Notes under the pieces: model-generated
Seen by the model: the letters and a program-made list of their open reading frames with translations, nothing else
The model's database searches: none
What the model was told of the DNA's origin: nothing
Assembly: GCF_009914755.1 (NCBI RefSeq)
Contig: NC_060944.1
Strand: one strand, 5' to 3'
DNA: 64,000 nt
Source: the human T2T-CHM13v2.0 reference genome, Homo sapiens
Made by a program: the position numbers and the translations under genes
Shown: positions 25,656 to 37,460 of the stretch, piece after piece
Layout: each line of letters starts with the position of its first letter
Numbering within the stretch: the stretch's first letter is position 1

Positions 25656-26929
25656 GGTTAGGTGTTTTGTTGTTGTTGTTGTTGTTTTTGCTACCAACAG
25701 CCAAACACTGTTCCTAGCAGAGATGTTTCTATACCAGTCTTCTCCTTCCTAACACATCTTCCACTCTGTCATCAAAATAATCTTTCCTTTTTTATTATTT
25801 GTTATGTTCCTATACCGTATATCTTTTAATCATTCCTATGCCAACAGCAAGTGTCCGAATTATTTTGTGTTGTGTGAAACAGTAATGGGGTTTGCCACAC
25901 ACCAGGCACTGTGCCAAGCACTAAATGAACATATCTCACTTGATCTCCGCAGTATCCCACTGAGTGAGGATCACAGACGAGGAAGCAGAAACCCAGAGAG
26001 GTTAAATGACTTGCTCCGGGCCACACAGAGAGTAGGTGCAAGGCTGAGATTCAAACCCTCGACTGTCAGATTCCAGAGCTGTGCTGTGAAACCCACACAT
26101 GTGAAGCTCAGGGACTGTTTATGGATGACAGCCCCGGAGCATGGGCAAGACTTGTGCCTGGTGTGTGAAGGTTACAGGTGACAAATGTGAGCCAAGAGCC
26201 TGCAGATGCTCCCTTCCCGCTGTGATCCTTCAGTAGGGAAGACTGCATCAAGCCCCAGGGCCATGCTGGCATATTTCATGAAATTAAACTGGCACCAGGA
26301 ATTCATATCATTCTATTTCCTTTACACCCTGACTGAACCCCAAGTCTGGAGGAGACTTTGCAGAACTGGCTACATTGCTAAGCAGGGCACAGGCCCAGTT
26401 AAATGAGGCACCTTTCTGCTCCAGCTCCAAGCTTCTCTGTTCTGACCCCAGTCTTTCTTGCCTTTGCCTCACCCCTGTTCGAGGACATGCAGTGACTCCC
26501 TGTTCCCCTCAAGTTCAGTTTTGCCTTTCTCCAAATGCTCCTTGTAAGGACTGGGGAGAATACGGTTCCATCCTTTCGGTGAATTTCAGTTTCTGCATCT
26601 GTCAAATGGGAGGAAATAATCCCTGCTTTGCTAAGTAATTGAAATGTTGAGGACCACACAGGACAAGGAATAGGAATGGCCTTTGCAGGGCAGAGCAGGC
26701 GAGGGGCACAATCCCACTGGATCTGAGTAGTATTTAGAAGACTAGGCATTATATCCTCGGAAGGCAGAAAGATCTGGGGTAGGGAGTGGGGTTGTGGAGG
26801 ATCAGGGAGTGCCCTGCACCTTCTTGGGGGGGCTCCTGCCCACAGTCTTGCAGAGGAAGTGGCCCAGGGTGAGCATTTACATATTCTATATGCCCCGCTG
26901 GGGGGACACAGTGAGACCACCGGTTCTGA

Positions 26930-27375
26930 AACCAGATAAACCTGTGTTTGAGTGTCCCAGCTTCATCTCGTACTAGCTGAAGGACCTTTGGATAAGTCAT
27001 ATCACTTCTGCCTCCAGTTTCACAGCTATAAGTTGGGGCTGAAAAAAGAACCTGTCTCATTGGGATTTTATAAGGAATCAAATGAGAATGTGCGCCTTTA
27101 AAGCACCTCATTTAGCACAGAAGAACTGTTCAACCAATAGTCATGGTAAGAGTGACTGGTGTTTTTTGAGCCCTGATTAAATTATATGCCATAAGAGTCT
27201 TCTTGATTAGTTTATATACTACTCACCACAATGCTAAGATGTAGTTAACATTATTATTTCCCACTTGTAGATGTAGAGATGGGGATGCAGTTAGGCTGAA
27301 CGAGCTGCCCAAGGTCATAGTAAGTGGTAGAAGCTGGGCTTGAACCGGAACCCAGTCTGTCTGATGCAGTCTTCC
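26930..27375. mobile_element. Two MIRs, tail-to-tail (+ then -)
   Basis: MIR cores in opposite orientation separated by an AT-rich spacer. Confidence 0.7.
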
Positions 27376-28099
27376 TTAATCAATAGCCATGCTGTTACTA
27401 TTACTGTTGACATTACTATTATTGACCTTGAATTCTTTACCCAATATCTCCACACTTCCACAACACCTGGTGGGGGCAGGAAGAGCCACCTGACCCAAAG
27501 ACTGCCAAAATATAGGCTGAGCAGCCTGTGATACAGCCTGGGACAGAAGCTCCACCCAGCAGGGCTGAGCCCAATTAACTAAACTCATCAGCAGTGATGG
27601 TGGCTGCCACTTTGAATTGGACCACAAAGAGTTGGGATAATGCCTACAAGCTGAAAGACCCTAAAAGATGACATAATTCAAACAAATGTGAAGGCACAGG
27701 GGCAATGAGTAAGCCAAACTTCCAAGACAGACAAGGGGGAGGAGAAATTTGACAAACGTCTGCTCCTGAGATGACTATGAACTGACTCAGTCCCAGAGCA
27801 CTGGGTCCTGAATGATGTTCCAGTGGCTAAGTTGTATTCTGTGATGTGTGGTCAAAATTCCTGCCTTCCAGTCCCTGCATGTAGCTTTACAACAACCCCC
27901 ATGGCTCAAGTTAGGAGAGAGGCTCTGCTCTTTTCAACCAAAATTAGGCTAGCTCAGCTCTCCCGTTTATCTTTAGGGTAAATGCTAAGATTTGGAAGTG
28001 GTGAATGGAGAGGGAGGTAGGATCAGGACATCCCTCCATCAATCCCAGGTGACGAGGCCCAGAAGACATGGCCTGGCCCAGTTCCTGTTATATCAGAAC

Positions 28100-29147
28100 C
28101 TTAGTCCATGTCTCACCATCTACAATCATATCCTAAGTGATCTCACTCACCATCTGGGGTGACTCCGGGCCAGGCGTCTCCCCTGCACTCCAGCCTCATG
28201 CCCAGCTACTAACTCCACAGCTCCGTCCGTGTTACACAGGCATGTGAAATCTCACCTGTCCAAAATGGAACTCCTGATTGTGCCTCCAAAACCCACCCCT
28301 TCTGCAGGATTTTCATATCAGGAAATGCCAACTCTATAATTCGAGCTGCTTAGGTCAAATACCTTGGAGTCAGCCCTGGCTGTCCTGAGTCATATTCCAA
28401 CATTCTTGCAGTCCACAAATTCTATTGGCTCTTCCTTCTAAACGTATCCGTGCCCTCCATGATCACCCTAGTCTGACCCACTATCGTCTGTCACCTGGGG
28501 TGACACAACAGCCTCCTCTTGCCTCTGGCCTGCCTTCTACAACTTGTTCTGAACTCAGCAGCCAGAGATGTCCTGTTAAAACCTAGGCTGGAGCTTGTAG
28601 TCCTCTTGCTCAAAACCCACCCATCACTGCCCTTCTCACTCAGAGGAAAAACAAAGGCCTCCTAAGTCACACAGTCTGACCTCCTCAGTTTCCCCTACAG
28701 ACCTGCCTCCCTGACCTCACCTCCCAGAGCTCTCCCCAGCCCTTCCTCTATTCCAGCCACTCAAGGTGATCACCACTCCTGGAAGGAGAACTCCCACCCA
28801 TGGGCCTTTGCATCTGCTGTGCCCTCTGCCTGGGGTGCCCCTCCAGCACGGCTCCCTATCTCACTTGTGTGGGTCTGCAGAGATGCCTTCCCTGGGTACC
28901 TCATTAAAAATTACCACCCACTCCAGCAGTCCCTCCCCCGTCTCCTTCCCTGCTTTAACTTTCTCTGTAGCATTTAACACCATCTATTGACACGCGGTAG
29001 ATTTTACTTACTGTTTCGTGTCATCTCCCACACTGGGATGTTAGCTACGTCTAGGGAAGGACCTTCTTCCATCAGGTGTATCCCCCTTGCCTAGAACACA
29101 GCGTCTGATGCATAGTAGGTGCTCAGCAAATCCTTGTCAAATGAACA
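28100..29147 (+). mobile_element. L2 3' kilobase
   Basis: 'ccaaaatggaactcctga...cagcagccagag...cttgctcaaaaccc...catagtaggtgctcagcaaa'. Confidence 0.8.
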
Positions 29148-31160
29148 AAGAAGCACACATAAGAGGACTTCCTGGAGGCACCCCTACCCAGTTCTCACGC
29201 CCCCAGCAGCCACCCTCTGGGTGTTCCAGGCCCTAGGCTAGTCCCCTCACTTCTTTGATCCTATTCAGGGGAAATCGGCCTCAGGCCCTGTCCGAAAACA
29301 GGAGAACTAAGGAGAAGCTAGTCATGGAGGAATTAGTCCAAATAGGTGGGGATTTCTTTTTAATTAGAACTATTTTTTTTTTCCCTTCACACAAAAGGAC
29401 TTGTGTCCCAGTAGCTGGCTCTCCTGTCAAAGCTTGTCCCGGGCTGAGAGCTGGAGCTCTGTGTTCCCACCAAGGATCTACTGTCAGAATCACTGGAGAG
29501 CAGCGTGGGCTTTACAGAAGGAAGGTTCTGGGGCAGCAGGGGCACGTGGCCTCCCTGGGACAGGCACACAGCTGGAAACCCCACAAATGGGAAGGACTCC
29601 ATGTGGGTGACAGGTGAGGCTGGTAACAAGCGTGTAGGGTCACTGTACTGTTCTCTCCACTTCCTGTAGTTTGAGAATTTTCTTTAGAGAGAGAAAAAAA
29701 AAAAAGAGTGTTTTTCCCCTGAAGTTCTCTGTTCCCGACACATGCCCAGAGGATTTCCTGTAGCCCTCCCTCCCCACCATACCCCACCCACAACTTCTCT
29801 TTTCTCCTCCCCTCTGATTCGAGGAGAGAGCCATTCTGCTCTGCTTACTAGCTGCCTGTCTGCATCTGGGGACACTTACAAACCTTTGATGCCTGTTTAT
29901 TCCCCTACTCGCCAAGATTTGGGTCCAGATGGCCTGGTGAGGTGGTGCTGGGCACTGATGGTTGCTAAATGCTCCCTGGGTGATCCTGGCACTTTCTAGA
30001 GTTGAGCAACTACCTTGTTACCCCAGACCCAGCCCTGACTCTGCCACACTCAGGGATCTCCTGTTAATAGGGTCCAGCCTCCTTAGAAGACAGTTTAACA
30101 ACATATTTTGTTACCTGAGCCCATCTTTGGGGTCCACCATAGCTGCCTAAGTGACTTGAGGAGATATTTCTTCCAAACCCAGACAAAGAGCCTCATTCAC
30201 CACCAGCACTCCTGGTGGATGACATCCTCCCTGTTACCTTATGCAACACGGGTTCCCTGTGACCATTTGGAAAGTGCAGAGAAGCACACAGGAGCTGGCC
30301 ACAGCCCACTTCAAGCCCAGGAATTTGTGAACAGAAAGGAGCCATTGTCTCCAGTCACTTGAAGGGAACAGCTCAAAAACACATTCAAAGGGCCCTGATG
30401 ATAATGAATATGCTAATATGATTTCCACTGGGCGCCTGTGCTACCTCCAAAAAACCCTTTCTGACCTTCCTCATGGATTCAAAGCTTTCATTGAAGTCGA
30501 CAGGGGATTTTGGTTAAAATAACATGAAAGTTTTCATTTAAATGGACAAAGCTGGGAGTTGTGAATTAAGCATGAGTTTCACATTGGTCCTGACACCCCT
30601 GACCTTGATGGGGAAATGCATAGATTGTGACTGGACCTTCTGGACCTTCTAGCTATTGCCTTTGGGTGGGCAGAGCTAGCAAGCATTAAGGGTCCCTTTT
30701 GCATGACAAGTGAACTCTGGAGACCTAGGTTTAAATCCCAGCTCTGACACTTACTAGCTGGGTGACCTTGAGAAAGGCAAATCATTTCTCTGATTGAGCC
30801 TCAATTTCCCCATCTGTAAAATGGTTTGGATAATACTTCCCTTGCAGCATTGCTTCCAAGAGTGAATAAGAAGTCTGTATGTGGGAGGGGTTGGGGAAGT
30901 GGAAAACATCTTGGAGCTCCCCACCGTCTCACCCAGTCAGAGACCCAGCAAGGGTGTGAACACCTCCAGCCTCCCATATCCCAGACCTTCTTTCCTTCAT
31001 TCAGCGTATATTTATAAAGCATTTCCTGGGTGCCAGGTACTGTTTTGGGGCTGGGGATTCAGCTGTGAACAGAACAGATGAACTCTGCCCTCAGTGGAGC
31101 TGCCATTGTAGTGGGAAGGACAGACATTAAACACATGAATAGATAAATAATAAGTAAGTG

Positions 31161-31556
<396 letters not shown>

Positions 31557-31687
31557 TCAGCTTGCTCTTTGCTGGCTGTGTAATGCCTGGGAAAGAGATT
31601 TTATCTCCCTAACACTCTTCTGCACATTTTTTAATGAGACCCACTGATGAATCACCCACCCATTGAACAAATATTTATAGAACTCTG

Positions 31688-31997
31688 GGCCAGGCACGGT
31701 GGCTCATGCCTGTAATCCCAGCACTTCAGGAGGCCGATGCAGGCGGGTCACTGAGGTCAGGAGTTGGATACCAGCCCGGCCAATATGATGAAATCACATC
31801 TCTACTAAAAATACCCCCCCAAAAAAGAAAAAAAAATAGCTGGACATGGTGGCGTGCACTTGTAATCCCAGCTATTCCAGAGGCTGTGACAGGAGAATCG
31901 CTTGAACCCAGGAGACAGAGGTTATAGTGAGCCAAGATCGTGCCACTGCACTTCAGCCTGGGCAAGTGAGCCAGACTCCATCTCAAAAAAGAAAAAA
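31688..31997 (+). mobile_element. AluS inserted into an L2 tail
   Basis: Full dimer; TSD AGAACTCTG. Confidence 0.95.
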
Positions 31998-33355
31998 GAA
32001 CTCTGTCCTGTGTCAAGCATTGTTTTGAGTGCTGGGGAGGCCACAGTGAATGAAACAAAAATCCTTGCCCTTGGGAGCTTAAAATCTAAAAGGGAGAAAT
32101 AGACAATTAACAAATATACGTATATCAGGTGATGAAAGAAAAAGCAAGGGAAAGAGGTCAAGAATGTGGAGGACATTATTTCAGGGAGTGGTGGTCAGGG
32201 AAGGCCTCTCTGGGGAGCTGACATTTAAGTGGAGCTTTGAAAGATGTAGGGGAGTTAGCCATGTGGGTGTCTGAAGGAAGAACCTTCCCAGTCGGAGGAG
32301 ACATCAAGGGCAAAGGCCCTGAGGTAGGGCCATGCGTGGCTGTTGGGAGGATTAGGGAATTGGAGGCAATGTCTAAGACACACCCAGCACAGCCCCTGGC
32401 TCTGAGTGGGGGTTCAATCAATAGCAGTTATTATTTGTACTCATTTTATGAAAAATGCAAGAGAAGTCATTTTCCATTATTATAAAAGTTCTTGAAGGCT
32501 TTGTGGATTGATGACTTTATTCCCTTTTCTTCTTTTGTTTTTCTGAATCAGAACCAGCAAGTCCAACCCCCAAGCCCACCTGCCAGCCCGCCTCTGTGCC
32601 CCCAGTCCCAATCCGGCAGGAATGTTTGACATGCAGTGGTGCTGGAGGGAGGGAGTGTGTAATTAATGATGGTTATTAAATAATAATGCCAGCATCTTGA
32701 AGTTCTTTCCTCTCCACAGCCTCACAAATTAGACGCCTTCGAAATGTTGTGCCCGTCGCCAAGATGCACCTCCATCTGGGGTGGAAGCAACATCTGCTAA
32801 ACAGCTGCATCTTGTTTAAGAGCTGGTACTTAATTCAATTATTCAGCTCTGATAGGGGCAGGCAGAGCTGAGCGGAAGGGGCAGGCCCAGTCATGGGCAT
32901 ATGCTGCTCCACGTCTTCCCAAGTTGACCCAAACTCCTCTCCCACAGCGTCCCCACTCGCATCTGTTGATTCAACCAACCTAGACATCTGTACATTTCCA
33001 GAACCGGCCATGCTCACTCATGCTGCCTCCTTGCTTTTTACTCAAGCTGTGTGCCCCTGCCAGGAACACTCTTCTGCTGCCTGTCCAACTCCCGTGTCCT
33101 TCGAAAGGCCCAACTCAAACATCAGTATCTCCTCCAGGACAGAGCATAGGGAATTACCTCCCATGAGCTCTCTCGGTGCTTCATGCATTCCTTAACTGGA
33201 GCATTCATAACATTACATTGCAATTTTGTGTACCCTGCTGTTTTGTAAGCCCCTTAGGCTGGGAACCATGTGTATTTCATTCTTGTTATCTCAGCATTGT
33301 ACCTGACTCCCCATAGACACACCCAGCACAGCCCCTGGCTCTGAGTGTTTAGTTA

Positions 33356-33583
33356 ATGGATGGATGGATGGGTGGGTGGGTGGATGGATGGATGGATGGA
33401 TGGGTGGGTGGGTGGATGGGAGGGTGGATGGATGGATGGATGGATGGATGGATGGATGGATGGATGCATGCATGGATGGATGGGTGGGTGGATGAATGGG
33501 TGGATGGGTTGGTGGGTGGATGGATGGGTGGGTGGATGGATGGGTGGGTGGATGGATGGGTGGATGGATGAATGGATGGATGA
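33356..33583. repeat. Long (GGAT/GGGT)n microsatellite
   Basis: ~230 bp of tetranucleotide repeats at an L2 3' end. Confidence 0.95.
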
Positions 33584-36500
33584 AGAGATAGAAGAATGGA
33601 AGAAAGGAGGGAAGAACAAAGCGGTAGACAAACAGATGGACCCACTGCCACCATCTAAATCCAAACAACCATCATTTCTCACTGAAACACTGGGGTCTCT
33701 CACTGGTCTTTCAGTTTCTACTCTTGCCCCCAGTAGTCTCTTCTACTCAAAGCACTTAGTAATCTTTTGAATATGGATTTATATCATGTCACTCCCCTGT
33801 TAAAAACCTTCCAGTGGCTTCCATATTCCTAACCCTGACCTCCAAACCCCTATAGGAAACAGCCCCTGCTTATCCCTCTGATATCATCTCCTCTCTGTCC
33901 TATGCTCTGAATACTTGGGGAACCTGCCAAGCTCTCTCTCACCTCAGGACCTTTGAATCTGCTCTTCCCCTTTGCCTGGGACTCACTTCCCTGGATTTCT
34001 GTCAAGCTAGTATCTTCTTAAGTCTTCCAGTCTAGCTCTAATGCCACATCCTCAAAGAGACACTTCTTTACTTTGCCAGTTAAAATAGCCACCATTGTGG
34101 TCCTTAAAGGCCAAGGGGCCTGATCCAAATACCAATGCTTTGGCTGCTGAAACCCAACAGGCTTCCCAGAGCATCATCCTCAGCTGGGGTCGTGACGCAG
34201 ACCTCCCCCAAGTGCCTGCCCTACAAGCCATCCCTTCCCTGGGTGCTCACTCCTCCTCTCCATCAACTAAAGATCCTTCATGAATGGGCTTGTCTGGAAC
34301 TGCCGCAATTAAACTATCAGAGCAACATTGGACCATTTGTTTACTATGGCACTTAGAGCTGGAATGGCTTGTTGTTTTGACTGTTTCTATTTTCAGCTCC
34401 ATTTCCTAGGGGTAGTGGGGAGAGGGTAGGCAATGAATCCTGGTCTGTTCAAGCAAAAAGATGCATCAGTGAAGCCTAGAATTTCAGAGTCACAGAATTC
34501 TAGCATCATTGTCATGGAATATGAGAGCAGTGAAAATCTATAATTTTGGTTATAGGTTCCTAGATTCACGAGATTCTAGAATCTTACTCAATGAAATTAG
34601 AATCTTAAAGTCAGACAAATTTAGACTCAAAGTCCTAGAGTGATGGGCTCTGAGGAGACTGTCACTTTGTCTACTCCATATCTCTTTCCCAGAAGATCTT
34701 CTCTGGGTACCTTATCCACAACGTTCCCCCCTACCGACCCACAGCCTGTCACTCTCTATTGTTTTAATTTTTCTTTATGGCTCTGATCACCACCTGACAT
34801 TTGATCTGTTTCTCTGTTCATTTGCTTATTGCCTGTCTCCCTCACATGTGAGATTGAGGTCAGGAACTTTGTTTTGTTCAACGTTTAGAACAATGCCTGG
34901 CATGTTCTAAACAGTACTCAGAACAATGCCTGGCATGAAGTAAGGGCTAAAAAAAGCAGTGCCCATTCATCCAAAAAATATTTATTGCATCCCCACTTCA
35001 TATTGGTGCCTCAGAGATGATCTTCTCTCAGGACAGGAAGCAGGTCTCACTTTGCATGCCAAATGCAATTGGCAGTAGATACCCAGAGCACGGTGTTGAA
35101 AAGACTTCTTGGGGCTTATCCAAGCTCCGTGGGGAAGGGCAATTGATGAGCAATGTCTGGCATAGACTCAGCCATGGGAAAAAGTGGCCATCTCTGCTCT
35201 GGCCTCCAACCCTGCACTGAAAAAAACTGAGGTCCAGAAGAAGATGCACTGGGCATGCATGGGGTGCATAGCCAGAGTTAGAACCCCATCTTCAGTCTCC
35301 CCTCAGTGTTGGTTCCTGAGCCCAAGCCTCTCACAAGCACCTGTGTGTGCCCTCCCCTCCCCATCAGCCCTTAGGCTCTCCCTCCCCCGAGGCCTTCCTG
35401 GGATGAAGGGGCTGCTGGAGTCCCTGGCCCTGAACCACAGCCTGGGAACCCAATTCTGGAACACCGCCTGAATGCGCAAGCCAGTTATTTTTAAAAATCC
35501 AAAAAGAAAAGGAAGAAAGAGAAAGCTCACTGCTTCGGTCTCCGCACTAGCCCTGGCTCAGAGAATAGAGACTTGAAAGGAACAAAGGGTTTCCTCAAAC
35601 ACAGCAGATCAAGGCCTTGGCTTATGTGGTAACCGGTAACCGACCACCGCGCTTTGTGACAAATCCTTCAGAAGGCAACGGCCTCTGTTCCCTCTGCAGC
35701 CTTGGCAGAAGGAGGTGGGGGAGCAGGGGACACCCTTCCCCATCGCCCCCCAGCCCCAGTCGGGCTGCTTACAATCATGGACTTCGAGAACCCCTGACTG
35801 TTAGGACCTCAAAGGCCTTCACAGAGCATGGAATCCAACCCGCTCTGGGTCAGCCAGGCAGGCAGAAGCCCTGGACAGGCTCAAGGTCACACTTTCCTCC
35901 TCCCTGGGTTCTCTTTGAAGGAGGTGGAGACCAGGGAAGTGCACCCAAGCCTCCATTTCCTCTTGAACCCATCACAGCTGCCTGAGATGCCCTCTCAGAA
36001 CTCTCCCAGCTACCAAGATTCCTACTTCTTTTTTTCCTCCTGTGGATTTCTTCTTCCAAGGTGCCTGTGGGGTGTGGTTTGACCCCTGGAGACCTGGGGG
36101 TCTCCAGGTACACAGCAGGAGTACACAGAGGGGTACACAGGAGGGGTCTGCTGGTGGATTATGAGATCACAGAAGGACTACAGTCCACCCTACACTCCAG
36201 GTTGGACAATAGCAGCTGACTCAGGTGCTGTGCCAAGCCCTTTGCAGTGAGGCCTCCTGTAGGCACCGTGGCGATCCTATGATGTAGATAGGCATTGTTA
36301 GCCCCATTTTCCAGACAAGAAAGCCAAGGCTCCAAAAGACTGAGTAAGGGCCCCAAGGGGGTTGGCAGGGATTGGCAGAGCTGATGCTTGAACTCGGGGT
36401 TGCCTGTCTTCTAAACCACACTCTGTTAACTGGTCTGCTCTGCCCCACCCTCTGTGCATCAAAGGCAGGCAATGCTTCACCCCACTCTCAGGCACTGAGG

Positions 36501-36629
36501 AAGGCAGCAGAGGGGCCGGGCTGGGAACAAGGGGCTTCCCTCCATTGGAGGCCATTGTGCTCACAAGCCACACACTCGCACCTGCACGCAGGCTGCAGAG
36601 CCCATCAGGTCTCCTCATCCACCCCTCCA

Positions 36630-36861
36630 TGTCAGCCTCTCTCCCCTGCCTCCTTCCTGACTTGCAATTTCTCTGGCTCTTTTCTACCCCATCTGTCAAT
36701 CTGCATCGTCTCCATTCTGTGGGCCTCTCTCTCTTTATCATTTTCTGCCTCTAGCTCTGTCTCTTCCCCAGCCCTCCCCATTTCTCTATTCCTATGTCTT
36801 CCCTTTTTGTCTCTCTGCATCTGTGTGCTACTTTCTCTCTCCTCAGCATGCTTGTTCTGTC

Positions 36862-36896
<35 letters not shown>

Positions 36897-37460
36897 GTCT
36901 CTGTCTCTCCCTCCCACCTCTCCCCCCACAATATTCTGTCTCTCCTTTAATCCTCAATATCCAGGGTTTCAGTGTCTCCATGTCTCTTCCCCCAGCCCAT
37001 CTCTCCCTCTCTATTCTTACACATCTCTCCCTTTCTCCCTAGCATTATCTCCCTCTCCCTCTGTCTCTGCTCTATCCTCCCTTGCTTTCCCTCCTGCCTC
37101 TCTTTCTGGGTGTGTGTGGGTGTGTATGTGCCTTGTCTCTCTCTCTCCCTCTTTCTCTCTCTCTCTCTCTCTTTCTCCCTGCCTCTCTCCATCCCTCTGT
37201 CACTCTATCTCCCTCCCTTTGTCCTTGTCTCTGTCTCTTTCTGCTTCTCTGTCTCTTTCTGTCTTCCTCTCTGTTTTTCTCTCTCTTTCTGTCCCTCTGT
37301 CTCTTTCTCTGTCTCTTCGTATCTCTCTGCATATCTCTCGTTTCTGTCTCTCTGTCGCTGTTGCTGTCTCTGTCTCCCCTTCATCCGTGTCCCTGCTTCT
37401 CCCCTTCTCTCTCTGCCTGTCTCTCTAGCCTTCCTCACCTTCCCCTTGCCACCCTTCCTG
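36630..37460. repeat. ~800-bp pyrimidine-rich (CT/CTGT) low-complexity tract
   Basis: Strong strand asymmetry with (CT)n cores at ~36860-36900 and ~37135-37170. Confidence 0.9.

Noticed and set aside
33291-33770. His/Pro- and Trp/Met/Gly-repeat ORFs
   Set aside because: Translations of (GGAT/GGGT)n.
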